A program made the translations under genes and the position numbers. DNA of 63,078 nucleotides, the filler included, from Asterionella formosa (taxonomy: Eukaryota): assembly GCA_002256025.1 (NCBI GenBank). It is 11 parts of 11 records of this genome, joined end to end, with 100 filler letters (N's around TTAATTAATTAA, not from the genome) between each part and the next. Parts side by side here need not be neighbours in the genome. Positions count along the whole stretch, not along the records: positions 1 to 24,389 come from NKIB01002251.1; 10 more parts are not named here. One strand, 5' to 3'. Below, in pieces: positions 11,398 through 23,449 of this stretch. Position 1 is the stretch's first letter. Every line of letters begins with the position of its first letter. The notes under the pieces were generated by a model, which worked only from the letters and a program-made list of their open reading frames with translations, made no database searches and was not told where the DNA came from.

Positions 11398-12177
11398 ACT
11401 AGGAGCAGGCTGTTTTGAATACAGTTGCAAAGGAGGCAAAATGGACAGTGAAGAATGAATAATCGATTGTTTGCATGTAGGACGCTGTGGTTCTTAATAT
11501 CATGTTATACATGGTAGTACATATTGTTCTATGTACATGCGAATGTATGAGAAATATGACTGGTACCTGGTACGACTCCATATACCGGTTTATTCTATGT
11601 ATCGGTATGTACTGATAGTTAGTAAGGAAACAAATATCCTTGCTGCCTCGGCTGCAATTTGAATAATGATGATACCGGGTAAGTAAAAAGTGTGAGGGAG
11701 TGCGCACTGAGCAGTACGAGGCTTATGTATGAAAAAATTGGTATTTTATCTCCTTTGAAATGGTAGAAAATTGAGAACTTTAGCTATGTTTTCCAAAGAG
11801 AGTAAACCGTCTTGTACCATACCGGTACAATACTATCCTTGGAAGGAAAACGAGGATCCAGAAGGATAAAATAGAATTAAATGATACAAAGTACCGTATG
11901 CATAGACTTTATGATAGAAAATAGTCTCGCAAACACATTGCTGCATTCTTGTTGAGTGAATCGGTGCTAGACACTCTATTTCTATACTCGTCCTTAGGTG
12001 TGGCCATCCTCAACTACTAGTCATTATACATTGCTATTCTTTCGTGTAGATCAGAGTGTCCTTCCAGATTCGTTTCGGTAGGAGCCCTTTGCGCGCTAGT
12101 TCACATGGATTTTAGTGTTTTGTTTTGTCTCGCGGGGCGGGGGCACAAAATGCTGCGTTTGCGTCAAGTAGAAATAG

Positions 12178-12435
12178 CTACTCCTCCGCAGCGACCTCCT
12201 TAGGAGCTTCTGCGTCATCTTCTGACACTGCCGCCTTGGGAGCCTCTTCTTCCACCTTCTTGCCTCCAAAGTCAGGAAGCCAATCAGGTTTTTCAAGACC
12301 AAGTTGCTTGAGAAAGCCAAAGTTCACGGTAGTCTTAGAGATACGGCTGTCACTTGGGGTAGTCCTTGGAACAAAGCCTGCTCCGGAGACAAGGGCGACA
12401 ATGAGGAAAGCAAGAAGGGTACGGAAAGACTTCAT
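12178..12435 (-). CDS. Small (85 aa) putatively plastid-targeted protein
   Basis: MKSFRTLLAFLIVALVSGAGF signal-like segment, Ser/Thr/Arg transit-like stretch, FGFLKQLGLEKPDWLPDFGG core and acidic tail; coding-like composition only from the ATG at 12435. Confidence 0.75.
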   Translation of the reverse strand: MKSFRTLLAFLIVALVSGAGFVPRTTPSDSRISKTTVNFGFLKQLGLEKPDWLPDFGGKKVEEEAPKAAVSEDDAEAPKEVAAEE

Positions 12436-12679
12436 GTTGATCAAAGATTTGACAAAATGAGGTTCAAGTGAAAAAGATCGCTCTTGATATGCAGACTCAC
12501 AACTAGCACGGTAGACATATATATGATATTCACGGTAAATGAGATGCACATAATCCAGTATAATTTTACCTACATAACTTATGTATTGCTTCATAATTTT
12601 AGCTCCATCATGCGTAAACATGAAGTTCAATTTGCGACTTTTCCCATCACTAAAAAGTTGATATCCAAAATGTCTCAGG

Positions 12680-12875
12680 GGGGTACCGGTAGAACATAAG
12701 ACACCGTTATTATGGTACCCCAGGTACCCGGAAGAAGGATTACTTGGTGCTTGGTACTTTTTTGGTACCAGGTACCTGGTACAGCTAGGGGTCCGTATGG
12801 CTTGATGCATCATGAAACTACATTGGGTAGCCATCGTAGCTACCTGTACAAAAAAATTCTGACTACCGGTACCAG
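12680..12875. repeat. GGTACC/TACCWGG palindromic tract cluster
   Basis: GGTACCGGTAG, GGTACCCAGGTACCCGG, GGTACCAGGTACCTGGTAC upstream of the 12435 gene. Confidence 0.8.
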
Positions 12876-13476
12876 TAGAACATAATTTTAGCAGTAAAAT
12901 GTTCTATATAAATAACATCCATATATATAAAATTCATGTACACATGCATCTGCAATCTCGTTGTTGCATTCATTCATGACGAACATGAAATCGAAGTCCA
13001 TTGCACAGCGATGGCTGTGAAATTGTTGTTGTTTCTTCATTGCAACTAATATATAATCTTGTTTGAGACATTCCTGTACAGTTTCCACTCCAGCTTGCCA
13101 AATATCAAGCTGAGAGTGTGAGCCATTGGTCATGTAGGCATGGATCTCCATGCCCAAGATAAAATAGTTCATTTATAAAGCAAAATGTGTTGTCCTGTGC
13201 CGTTTCCGGTGTTTAATAGTAGCGCTACTCATGGAGGAAAGAAAGCTATTTGAAGTGGCATGGGAGGATGTTCTATTGTTGAGTAAAGCAACAGAATAAT
13301 AACAACATGGTGGATGTGATTATAACATGCCAATCCAGGCGTAAAATATTATACACCATAGGTTTAGGGTTTATGCTAATACTAGGCCTACAAGATCTGC
13401 CCGTTGGCTCCAAAAATTGCATCCAGCTATAGTAATATCAGTGGACTATATACAGACCAGGAAAGCCTACCAGTAT

Positions 13477-13660
13477 GTTTTATGCACACCTTTTCAGTTT
13501 TGACTCACTCCCAATCATTCATCCCATGCCTGCTGGACAAGATAGGGTCAGCTTTTGACGAAAATAATATTCCTCAACAATTTAGGAAAACATTACTCTT
13601 ATTGACCAATGACGATCTGCAGAATCAGTCTCTGAACATGACTCGAATTTGCTGACTGAT
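13477..13660 (+). repeat. Dispersed repeat, copy 1 (copy 2 at ~18571-18755)
   Basis: Shared blocks CCTTTTCAGTTTT, ATTCATCCCATGCCTG, TGGACAAGATAGG, AATTTAGGAAAA, CTCTTATTGAC, TGCAGAATCA, CTCTGAACATGACTC in the same order and orientation. Confidence 0.85.
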
Positions 13661-14057
13661 GAACCGGCCGGTTCAGAAACTGTCTCCTAGCTTCAGAATT
13701 AAAATAGGAATCATCTCTTTCTACCTTCAGAACCTGCTGACAATGAATATAATTTGCTGACTAAGAAAAAAATTTGCTGAACACTTCTAGAACTTGCGAA
13801 TATGAATAGATTTTCTGAATGAGGACCCTCATGCTGCCTATGAAGCATAGTAGCTATACATGAAAAGACACAACCACTACCCGTTGATACAAACCTTGCC
13901 AATACTATGAACATATGTAATTTTATATCTTTGTACATGGTCACAGCCATTATCACGCCTGATGCAATAGCCTACCAAGGTACTGCTATATTTGCAATAG
14001 TATCATACATACTATCACAAATCACTTACTTTGGCAGGGATATATGATCATATGCTC

Positions 14058-14345
14058 GGGGTACCTGAAGTAGCCCTGCCTTGTAGATGCTATTATATAA
14101 ATAATTAGCCTAGATGTTGCAATTTGTTTCTATATATAAAACACTATGACAGTGTAGTTGTTGTGAGCAGCTGGTGGAGAATACTGCATCATGTACTCTC
14201 AGCATTGACCTCGATGAAAATAATGAATATCTCTATGAAAAATGGGAACAATACTTTGCTATTTGATACATATATTAAGCACAATATAGAGAAGAATACA
14301 ATCTTAAAAGAAATTTTTTAGTAACACTAATATTGACAACGAAAA
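14058..14345 (+). repeat. Diverged long inverted repeat, left arm (right arm ~18112-18350)
   Basis: GGGTACCTGAAGTAGCCCT..CTTGTAGA..GATGAAAA..TAACACTAATATTGACAAC is mirrored by GTTGTCAATATTAGTGTTA..TTTTCATC..TCTACAAGGGCTACCTCGGGTAC. Confidence 0.7.
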
Positions 14346-14585
14346 GGGAACAAGTCGTCAATGGCATATGTTTTCATGTAATTTATAGATAAGCAATTCA
14401 GAACGATGGTGATATGAACAGATTTGACACTTTCACAGTATATAACACTCTACATTACGACAATCTGTGGGTCGATGTCGAACCATATTTTGTTTGATTC
14501 TCTTAAAAAATCAGTTAATAGGCCATTGACATTTTCAAAATGACTCTTTTGTTTACAATTACTGATCCAGTTGGTGACTACTTAT

Positions 14586-14686
14586 GACTGGAAATATGCT
14601 GACAATGACTAGAAATTGCTGACTACGACTAGAATTTTCTGACTTTGACTAGAAATCGCTGACTACGACTAGAAGTTACTGATTAG
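14586..14686 (+). repeat. 20-bp minisatellite, 5 copies
   Basis: GACTAGAAATTGCTGACTAC-like units starting at 14586, 14607, 14627, 14647 and 14667. Confidence 0.9.
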
Positions 14687-14954
14687 TGAACCGTAGTACT
14701 TACTGTATAAGCAAAGCAACTGCTGGCTGTCTTCCAGTTGCTGAATAGCATTACCAGTAGAAGTAGGTGAACACGATTTCGATGATCAGAACATGATTTG
14801 GATTTAAGGAATGATAATTTAACATCATAGAAAGTTACTGAAGAGAGTTTGGAATGGAAAGACAGCCCCCTATCTCATCCAGCAGCATGAGATGAGTCAT
14901 TGGGAGTGAGTCGAAACTAAATAAGTGTGCAGAAGACGTGCGCAACCGGGCATT

Positions 14955-15105
14955 CCAGGTAGTACTCCCGGCAGCTGCTACCTGGTACCTGGTACCATGC
15001 TCCGGTATGTTCTCCTCGGTACCAGGTACCTGTTACCAGGTACTCCAACTACGGTACCAGGTACCCTGGTACCAGGTACGCAGGTACCAGGTACTCCTAC
15101 CTGGG
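14955..15105. repeat. Dense GGTACC/TACCWGG palindromic tract
   Basis: About ten GGTAC-containing units, e.g. GGTACCAGGTACCCTGGTACCAGGTACGCAGGTACCAGGTAC. Confidence 0.9.
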
Positions 15106-15526
15106 ACAAAAAAATGAATACGATTAATTAATGCCTAATATATTATTGGTACGATAGATCCACATACTTTTGTATGTATGTATGGTGCAGTATTTATTTT
15201 ATGTATATACGCACATGTAACACATATACCGGCATATAACAATAATATACATGGTGCATGATAAGTGAAGGAAGAAAAGGCAACGACGAAATTTCCTCCA
15301 TGCATCTCTCTTTTGCTCGCCTCTCTTCCGAATATCAGGCGGGTAGCACCTGTATAGTAAATAGTCTATAATACTCCGCCAGTTTGTTTTTACTATGTAC
15401 AAACAAGTGCGGTAGACGATTTATCACAAACACCGTAAAGAAGACATAGGTAGACCACTTCACTCTTTCTGCACATTGCGGTTCTGCTGCTTCTGTCTTC
15501 AGAACATCCATTCTTGAAGAACCACA

Positions 15527-17204
15527 ATGGCCATTTCGATTCGTCAAGATCGATCGATACTGGCATCCACCTTGTTTCGTAGGCTTGTGCTCGTTGCATC
15601 TTTACTTTGGTGTACTCCCCGGCTAATAGTGCGGCTTTTTCAGTTTGAATTTTCCACTTCTGGAAGTTGCGATGGCGTTCCCATCGAGACCTTTCCGATC
15701 GAGAACAAGATATACGATAGGAGCGCCGAGAATAGACGAAATGATCGCTCGAGCGCGTCAATGACAAGTGTTTTGACCAGCCCCGACATTTCAGAAGCGT
15801 ACGATGATCGCTCGAGCGCTTTGTTCAAAAGTGATCCGACCGGCACTGATATTTCAGAAGCGTACGATGATCGCTCGAGCGCTTCATTCAAGAGTGATCC
15901 GACCGGCACTGATATTTCAGAAGCGTACGATGATCGCTCGAGCGCTTCATTCGAAAGTGATCAGACCGGCACGGATATTTCTGAAACATATAGCCAAGTC
16001 GTTCGAGGAAAACTATCAACGACATATGGTTGGCTCGATGTGTGGTTAACGACTAATACACGCACTCCTGGTGCTCGACTCGTGCGTTTGCTTCGCAAAA
16101 TCATGTACAATACTCCGGGAGCAGAAGCAGAACGCATGAAATCTTGCATCAGCCAGCATAAAGGGAAATGCTTGGGTGGCATGAACTTTGAATTTGGAAA
16201 GAGTATACACGAAGTCCATGTTCCATTCACCAATCGTACCGTTGCTGAGGTGAGTCATTACAAATTTAACGGCCAGCCTATTTCTTATGTCGGAAGTATG
16301 TCAGCATGTATACCTTTGATTACAGCAGCGAGAGCAGTAGCTGGATTTGGAACGGTCGTTGAGCTTGGACCCTTAGCTGGGTTCACCAGCCGGTGTTTGG
16401 GATTGGGGCTTGTCGGAACTAATACACAGTTCCTCAGCTTTGATCGATATGAAGGAAAAAAGAGCTGGAATAGCATTCTTAAGGAAACTCCTTGGTTGGA
16501 AGAGGACGAGGCCTTCAAGAATCGTGGTGGCCGCGAAGGCGACTATTTATGGGTACGATTTACTGTGAAAAACTGACATGCGTAGAATTGCATCATTATG
16601 ATGTCCTGTCAAACCACTTGCTCAATTTTGAATTCATTTTTTGCAGCTTTGGGAGCGGGCAATGGAAGACGTATATCCAACGGCGAAAGGAGTCAAAGGG
16701 TTCGTCAATGGGAAAGCATTGAAGCCATCAGTTTTTAAAAAGAAGAAGGTTGCATTGTTGTCGATTTCTAGCATCCCATCCTGGGATCTGTGGCAACACC
16801 GATTATCCGGACTTAAGCCGTACTTTTTGGTAAAAGGGTCAATTCTGGTGCTGCGTGAGTTTCTGTCAGTTACACAACTGCCAACTATTATTTATGCTTG
16901 CTTGAGTAGTTATCTTCAGCCCGTGTATATAGAGTGGGACACTCTAAATACCTGGATTATGGTAGCCCTTGATGACATTCCAGCTGATAAACCACGCAAA
17001 TGCTTCCACGAGCTCTTGAAAGGGAAAAGTGTTCCAGATGCTTCGGAAATTCGAAGGATGGGACAACAGTTGAAGGAAGATTTGGACTTCTGTGGTGATA
17101 AGACGATGACAGGCATGAAAGATCGAACCTTCCAAAAGATTTTCTCGCAATCCCTTGCCCGTGACGAAGCTGTGTGGAAAGCGTTTCTAAATAGTACAGT
17201 TTAA
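15527..17204 (+). CDS. Membrane-anchored protein with 21-aa tandem repeats and a putative class I SAM-methyltransferase-like domain (2 exons)
   Basis: Exons 15527-16552 and 16647-17204 (GTACGA..TTGCAG, phase 0). N-terminal hydrophobic segment; GTVVELGPLAGFTS..FLSFD resembles methyltransferase motifs I/II. Function tentative. Confidence 0.7.
15785..15990 (+). repeat. In-frame 63-bp tandem repeat (3 full copies plus a partial one)
   Basis: Units start at 15785, 15848, 15911 and 15974 and encode DISEAYDDRSSA(L/S)F(K/E)SD(P/Q)TGT. Confidence 0.95.
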
Positions 17205-18111
17205 AGTTTGTTAATTAGCTCTATAAATGGTAGAACCTCATGCCTTTGACTTCACAGTCAGTGTAATTAAATCTAAGCTGGACTAACATTAGAATATCAC
17301 TGCTGAGCAATACTGTCTAATCTCGATGTTCCTTTCCTGCTGGACTCTCGAATAAGGAGTAGTCCATTGTCATCCTGATGTACTAAATTGAAACTAGGAT
17401 ATTTGATTATTGATAATTCTGGTCTGACCAGTGAAGCCCTGAGCACTACAATATAATACTCTAGCTCACTCGAGCCCTCCTCGAGTCTTCTGGTTCTATT
17501 CTGTGAGAGGCAGATTCACATTTTCGACTAGCTTACACGTCTAGCTAAAATATGGAGCCACTTTAGAGTCCAGTACTCTGAAAAAAGTGTATTTTGAAAT
17601 ACATACCATGATGCACCATCCATGTCACAATGCTCGCTCAATGCTCCCCACACTGTTTAGGTGTGCAGAGTGGTTTTTCTGACAAAGCAAATCTCCTCAC
17701 ATTCCCAATTTACTCCCTCTATCCAATAATGATTTTTCGTGTTTCGCTTTTAAATGTGTAACTGCGGATATCAAGACTACTAAATGAAAAAAATTGTAGA
17801 TCAAAACGTGAATTCACAGAAAGGGCTAGTTGGTTCAGAAATGAAAGTATATTTAGTAGAGCATGTTCTCGTGCATTTATTAGTTGCTGGTAGTCTGCAA
17901 AAATAAATTTTTGGACGTTCACAGCAGTTCCTCCAATCGTTAGTATGACTGGCTCTATGTTACTATCTAGGCTGGGCAATCAGTCCTAAAATGAGTTCAT
18001 AGGGCAAAAAAAAGTGAGCTAATATTTAGTTGATAAATGTTTGCTTGATTGGTTGGCTGATTTGGTCTTGGAAAATTGAAACCATGTGAAGCAATACGCC
18101 ATCGGCGACTT

Positions 18112-18350
18112 CAATTGTTGTTGTCAATATTAGTGTTATTACAATTTGTATTATCTATGACGTGTTAGATATATGAACCCAACAGGCATCATTTTTCGTG
18201 GAGAAATTCGCTGTTTTCATCATGGTCAAGGCGGAGATGGCATGATATAGGATTCTCTAGCCGCTTACAAGAACTACTCTTAGTGCACTGTAGATCAAAT
18301 CGCAATTAGCGTCTACAAGGGCTACCTCGGGTACTGGTACCTGGTACCCT
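18112..18350 (-). repeat. Diverged long inverted repeat, right arm
   Basis: Reverse-complement similarity to 14058-14345. Confidence 0.7.
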
Positions 18351-18570
18351 GTATATGTCACTGTCCTGGACCCCCAATGTAAACTGCCATGTGCTATGAC
18401 TGAATTTTTTACTGATTTTCAAAATCATATGTAGCTAGCCAATGCAAAAACATCCCAACGCATGGCTGCACCATGACCATGACATTGGATTTCGAAAATC
18501 GAAGATCCATACTGGCTGCTAGTATGATAGGAGCAGGTAGCAAGTACTCCTGGAAGGTCCGGTAGTGCAT

Positions 18571-18755
18571 GTTTTAGTATGTGCTCCTTTTCAGTTTTAA
18601 TTCACTCCCAATGATTCATCCCATGCCTGTTGGACAAGATAGGCCAGCCTTCGATGAAAATAATGTTTCTTAAGTAATTTAGGAAAATGTCACTCTTATT
18701 GACTGATGATGATTTGCAGAATCAAACTCTGAACATGACTCAGATTTGCTGCCTG
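18571..18755 (+). repeat. Dispersed repeat, copy 2 of 13477-13660
   Basis: Colinear shared blocks, see copy 1. Confidence 0.85.
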
Positions 18756-19681
18756 TGATCAACCCATTTCAGCAAACCATCTTCTTGCTTCACCTAGTAG
18801 CTATTCTCAAGAACATACATACAAAGTAGGAAATAGCAGTAGAAAAACGGCAACTTGACTTTGATTGTGGATTGCGCAACCATGAAAGTGGCAATGAGGC
18901 AAAGGAAGAAAACAATGGTATGCTTGTTTTGATCATCTGAACCTTTAAATATCTGTTGGTATGGTCAATGTTAGTGTAACAACAATAGAAAGTTTATGAA
19001 ATAACTGTTAATCTCTTCTCATGTTTTTTTAATAGTTTTTTTTGTGTTATTCTGTTTCCCACAAATAATTGGGTGGCCAGCTGATGTAAAACAGTATTTG
19101 GCAATATGTAGATGTAGCTACTCAATGAATATATATGCATATTAAATTGGTTTCGAATGATTTATTTAGATGCTAATTATTTAAATAGCGATTGCATGTT
19201 TATACTCACTCCTAAATAATTCATAAAGAACTCATTTTTCGAGCAAGCCGACCCTCACATAGAAAGATGGTATGTAGTCTACGTAATCCGTCCTAAAATA
19301 AGCTACTCGGCACTGAGAGTTCCGATACGGCAGTCGATTCCCTTTTGGCAGGTGGTACGGTACCTGGTACAGCCAATTTTTTCTACAGAACCTTGTACAT
19401 ACGAAATAAAATGTTATTGAAATACTGTACCAGTTACTGTACACAGCTTTTGTAGCTTTGTATACTCCTGCGCATGGTCGACATGAACGATGTGATGTCA
19501 ATTGTTCTCTCTTCGTTCTTTGTTCAGTTTGCGATCACATCCGCACACGGACTTCTTCGCCATACAATTCTATTGTGCAAATATACTTTACTGTTTGAGA
19601 AAGAGAATCAACTTGTCCTTTGAACCACATCGATTCTAGATATCAGCATATCTGAAGTATAACGAACGAAAGGGGAAGGAA

Positions 19682-21081
19682 ATGGGAAACTCAACGCTGG
19701 GTCATTTCATTGCGATTTTCACATATTTCCTTGTCCACTGCACACGGACAACGGAACCGTTTCGTGCTAGGTATCATGCGAATCGAGTTCCTAATGTTTG
19801 CAGAAGCCCCGTGATCAAATTATTAATATCAAAGACAATGGTGCACGGTACTGCTAATATTGCCGACTGGGAAACGCCAGACTTGGATCAGCATGGGCAG
19901 TTGGATATTCTAGTGAATGGCGACTCCTCTCAGTACAGCTCGCACTCTCAATCGGAAGTATTCCATGGCGAGTCAGATTTATCGTCAACACAAGCAGAGC
20001 CAGTTCATGATCATGTCACACCCAAGGAAAAAACCTTGGTCGCGATAACTATTGCTGCAGCTTTTCTTGCGTTTGTCGGCCTGCTAAAGGCAGCTGGTCA
20101 AGGAGGGTGGAGATACTTTCTTGCTGGTGGTATTTGTGCTGCTACATCACACGCTCTTACGACTCCGGTGGATGTTGTCAAGGTAATTCATATGTAATCC
20201 AGATGCAAGTTCGAATTTTCTGTACCCAAATCTAATCCTTTTGTTGTTCGTTGTCAAATGCGTAGACGAGGAAACAGGTCGATCCAAAGTTACTGGACCA
20301 AAGTTTTACAAAAGCTACAAGGACGATTGTTGAAACTGAAGGATTGAATGCTCTACTTTCTGGTCTTGGCCCTACAACTTTTGGTTATTTGATGGAGGGG
20401 GCAATCAAATTTGGCACCTACGAGGTTTTGAAACCCTTCGTGGGTGGGCTGCTAGCAACCTTTGCAAGCGTCACCAAATTGGCATTGTTCGATTCGAAAG
20501 TATTAGGATTCGTAATATGTGGAGCTGCTTCGGGAATGGCTGCCTCGGTGGTTCTTTGCCCGATGGAAGCGCTGCGAATTCGAGTTGTTGCAGAACCAGA
20601 GTTTGCCCCTGGTGGATGGATTGAAGGTGGATTAAAAATGTTGAAATTTGAAGGTGTTGATGCTTTGTGGAAGGGATTAACGCCCATGCTATACAAGCAA
20701 GTTCCTTATACAATTGCAAAGAATGTATCCTTTGATGTGTTCACAAAGCTGTTTTACTCTTTCCTGCATACAGGTGGGCATGTTCTTACGGGATCGACGA
20801 AGGTTATTGTTCCACTCCTTTCTGCTATCTTTGCTAGCATAGTCTCGTGCATAAGCAGTCAGCCAGGCGATATGCTATTAAGTTTGGTTAATGCTCATGA
20901 AGGTCGAAAGAGGGCAAATGATTTTATAAAGGAGATCCTAGAAAGCGATCATGGAATGAGAGGCTTCTTCATTGGAACAAATACAAGGTTTCTTCACGTT
21001 GGCCTTATTGTCACGTTGCAACTTATGATTTACGACTTCATAAAACGGTTATGTGGGGTAGCAGCAACGGGCACAATATAG
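19682..21081 (+). CDS. Mitochondrial carrier family protein (phosphate-carrier-like) with long N-terminal extension (2 exons)
   Basis: Exons 19682-20182 and 20266-21081 (GTAATT..CGTAG). FLAGGICAATSHALTTPVDVVK|TRKQ, GLGPTTFGY..EG.IKFG.YE, CPMEALRIR, KQVPYT, SQPGD. Confidence 0.9.
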
Positions 21082-21106
21082 ATGATAGGTGATAACGATG
21101 TCATAT

Positions 21107-22537
21107 CTAGAGTATATCCTTTCGTTCAACTATGTGATTGATCAACGCTGTTCGCTCATGAACGTGTGGCATGTGCTCATCAAGTTCCAATTTTTTTACT
21201 GTCCAGAGCTTTTCATCTATATTCGTTTGTGCTGCAACACCTCCTGACAAGTGATATATTGTCCAACATATTGAAAGAATAGCTCCTAATACAGCCATAA
21301 CAAGACATACCTCTTCTGCTTCGAAGTTCAGTTTGTCCATCAACAGACCGGATGCAAGTGCACCCATTGATTCGCATAGCAAAGCCAGTGCATAGTCGAC
21401 TGATAGCACACGACCTAGCTTCTCGGGGTCTGCAAAAGTTTGAAGAAGAATGCTACTATTGATCCAGACTGCGGACGACCCACCTGCTCGAACCATTGTA
21501 AATAGGCAGGTGTAGAAGAAGGGGTGAAAAAGGCCCATCCCCAGGGAACCAAAAGTAACAGCAAACATACTTAAAATAGTCGCTTGTTGCAAAGTAATAA
21601 GCCGATCCATGGAGGTGAACATGTCACAAATTAAGGGGCCGATGATGCATCCAACGCCGACAAGAGAAAACAGAAGACCAAGCTTCGTGCTACTATTGGT
21701 GCTCCCTCTTTCTGAGAAGGCTACGTTGAGAACATCGGAAGCCCCGTATATTATTGAAACAGAAGCCTTGAGTAGTATGAGAGGTCCAAAAAAGCTTTCT
21801 TTCAAGTAGCTAAAGCCGTCTACTGTCATTCCCCTGACTTGATGCCACACGCTTTCGTATTTTTCAGCCGATTTATCGATTGCGCTCCATGTTCCATGAA
21901 CCATGTACATGAGCATGGCGCTCCCGAGGTACGTGGCACCATCTAGAAGGAAGCATGCTCGAATACCAAATGCTGCAACCACGAAACCTCCGAGGGCAGC
22001 CCCTATTGCAGCCATTAGCGACCACGCGAGACCTGTGAGTGTTGTTGCTTTCTTGAGGTACTCTTCGTCGTCAACGAGTAGGCTAAGCATGCTAGATCGA
22101 CATGGCTCAAAGATGGCAGCATTTGTTTCCTGTAACAACGTGACCAGATAAATTGCACCTATGGATCCAACGTAGTATGCCAGCAGATAGAGGAGAGCAA
22201 TCATTGCTCCAAGAAGCTCCAAAGCAATCATGGACTCGCGTCGATCCCGCGAGTCCGCCAAGGCCCCACCAGCGGGCGAAAATATAACATGTGGCATCAG
22301 CCGAATGATGACAAGCCAAGAAATCGCTGTTCTTGATATCTTCTCTCCTTGTAGTTCTTCGATGACTGTGATACTAGCAATGTACGTGAGCCATTCGCCC
22401 ATGTGGCCTAACAAGTAAGATCCTAGATAAAATCGAAAGGGGCGGTTGTCACGGATCAAAGTCCAATAGGATTTCTCCTCTTGATTCTGTATCAACTCCA
22501 TCTTTTCAGTTGTCAATGGGTCATTAGAATTGGACAT
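21107..22537 (-). CDS. Major facilitator superfamily transporter
   Basis: 476 aa, about 12 hydrophobic segments, MFS motif A-like GGALADSRDRR, and LGRV in the C-terminal half. Confidence 0.9.
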   Translation of the reverse strand: MSNSNDPLTTEKMELIQNQEEKSYWTLIRDNRPFRFYLGSYLLGHMGEWLTYIASITVIEELQGEKISRTAISWLVIIRLMPHVIFSPAGGALADSRDRRESMIALELLGAMIALLYLLAYYVGSIGAIYLVTLLQETNAAIFEPCRSSMLSLLVDDEEYLKKATTLTGLAWSLMAAIGAALGGFVVAAFGIRACFLLDGATYLGSAMLMYMVHGTWSAIDKSAEKYESVWHQVRGMTVDGFSYLKESFFGPLILLKASVSIIYGASDVLNVAFSERGSTNSSTKLGLLFSLVGVGCIIGPLICDMFTSMDRLITLQQATILSMFAVTFGSLGMGLFHPFFYTCLFTMVRAGGSSAVWINSSILLQTFADPEKLGRVLSVDYALALLCESMGALASGLLMDKLNFEAEEVCLVMAVLGAILSICWTIYHLSGGVAAQTNIDEKLWTVKKLELDEHMPHVHERTALINHIVERKDIL

Positions 22538-22730
22538 CTCTGGCTACACAGAGGACGCGGAAACTCCTGGATGTCGTCGTCGAGAGACGGAAAGTTCATT
22601 TATCCTGCTTCTATTCATACTGGCTCCACCCTCATATCGTAACGGAGGAACACCAAGGAACGATTTAGCACTTCTTGATTGTATTCCTGTGTTGATCACA
22701 TGGCTGAGATTCAGTTCATGTCGACTCCCT

Positions 22731-22990
22731 GTGGTACCAGATAGATACCACCAGGTACCAGCAAGTTGCGGTAGATGTACTGATTGCATGATTGTGTACG
22801 ACCGGCATATGTACCGGTATGGACATTATAGAACATGATGAATGTTGTGTGCGTACCGGTATGTTCATCTAATGCATACGTACCGGTATGCATGTACCAC
22901 AGCGGTTTGCATTTCTGTACATTCATACAGGTACGTACTATATAGTATGAAATGCATACTACCGGTACCTGGTACCGGTATATGATACCA
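22731..22990. repeat. GGTACC/TACCGGTA tract cluster upstream of the MFS gene
   Basis: Repeated GTACCGGTA, CCAGGTACCAG, TACCGGTACCTGGTACCGGTA. Confidence 0.85.
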
Positions 22991-23449
22991 GTGAACGAAG
23001 AGATTTCTGGAATAAGGACTCATGACACTCAGAATTGTGATTGGGGGGAAAACCCCAATCAAAGAAAACCCAGTCACAGGTAGCAAGGTTCCGAAACTGG
23101 TTTGTCAGAAAATTCGCGAAACCGTTAGGATTTCTAAATATCTACCGGCAAGTAATATTACCGGAGGAGTCGAATTTGAATGCCTGCCGGCGCCGCGTTC
23201 CAGTTTTGGCAAAATGACCGTAACTTGCTGGTATCAGGAATCCCTGGTACTGGTACCTGGCAGTATACTACGGGGTACCAACTCTGACTGGACATTATTA
23301 CATACCGGTACTAGGACCAGGGTACGACAGATGCTATTTATTCGCTACTCCTTAATAAATAAAAATACCGTTTCGGTAATATCATTTGAGCAAAGCAACC
23401 ATCAGCTACTAACGGTATACAATACGACTCATTGTACGCACTGGAACTA

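Noticed and set aside
13358..13375. TTTAGGG-like telomeric seed
   Set aside because: Fewer than three units; expected by chance.
14586..14686. 20-bp repeats as CRISPR or iterons
   Set aside because: Head-to-tail minisatellite without spacers.
14925..15131. Short ORFs rich in VPGT/YQVP/TWY
   Set aside because: They are translations of the GGTACC tracts, not proteins.
15785..15990. 63-bp repeats as a CRISPR array
   Set aside because: No unique spacers, in frame within a eukaryotic CDS, and no cas genes.
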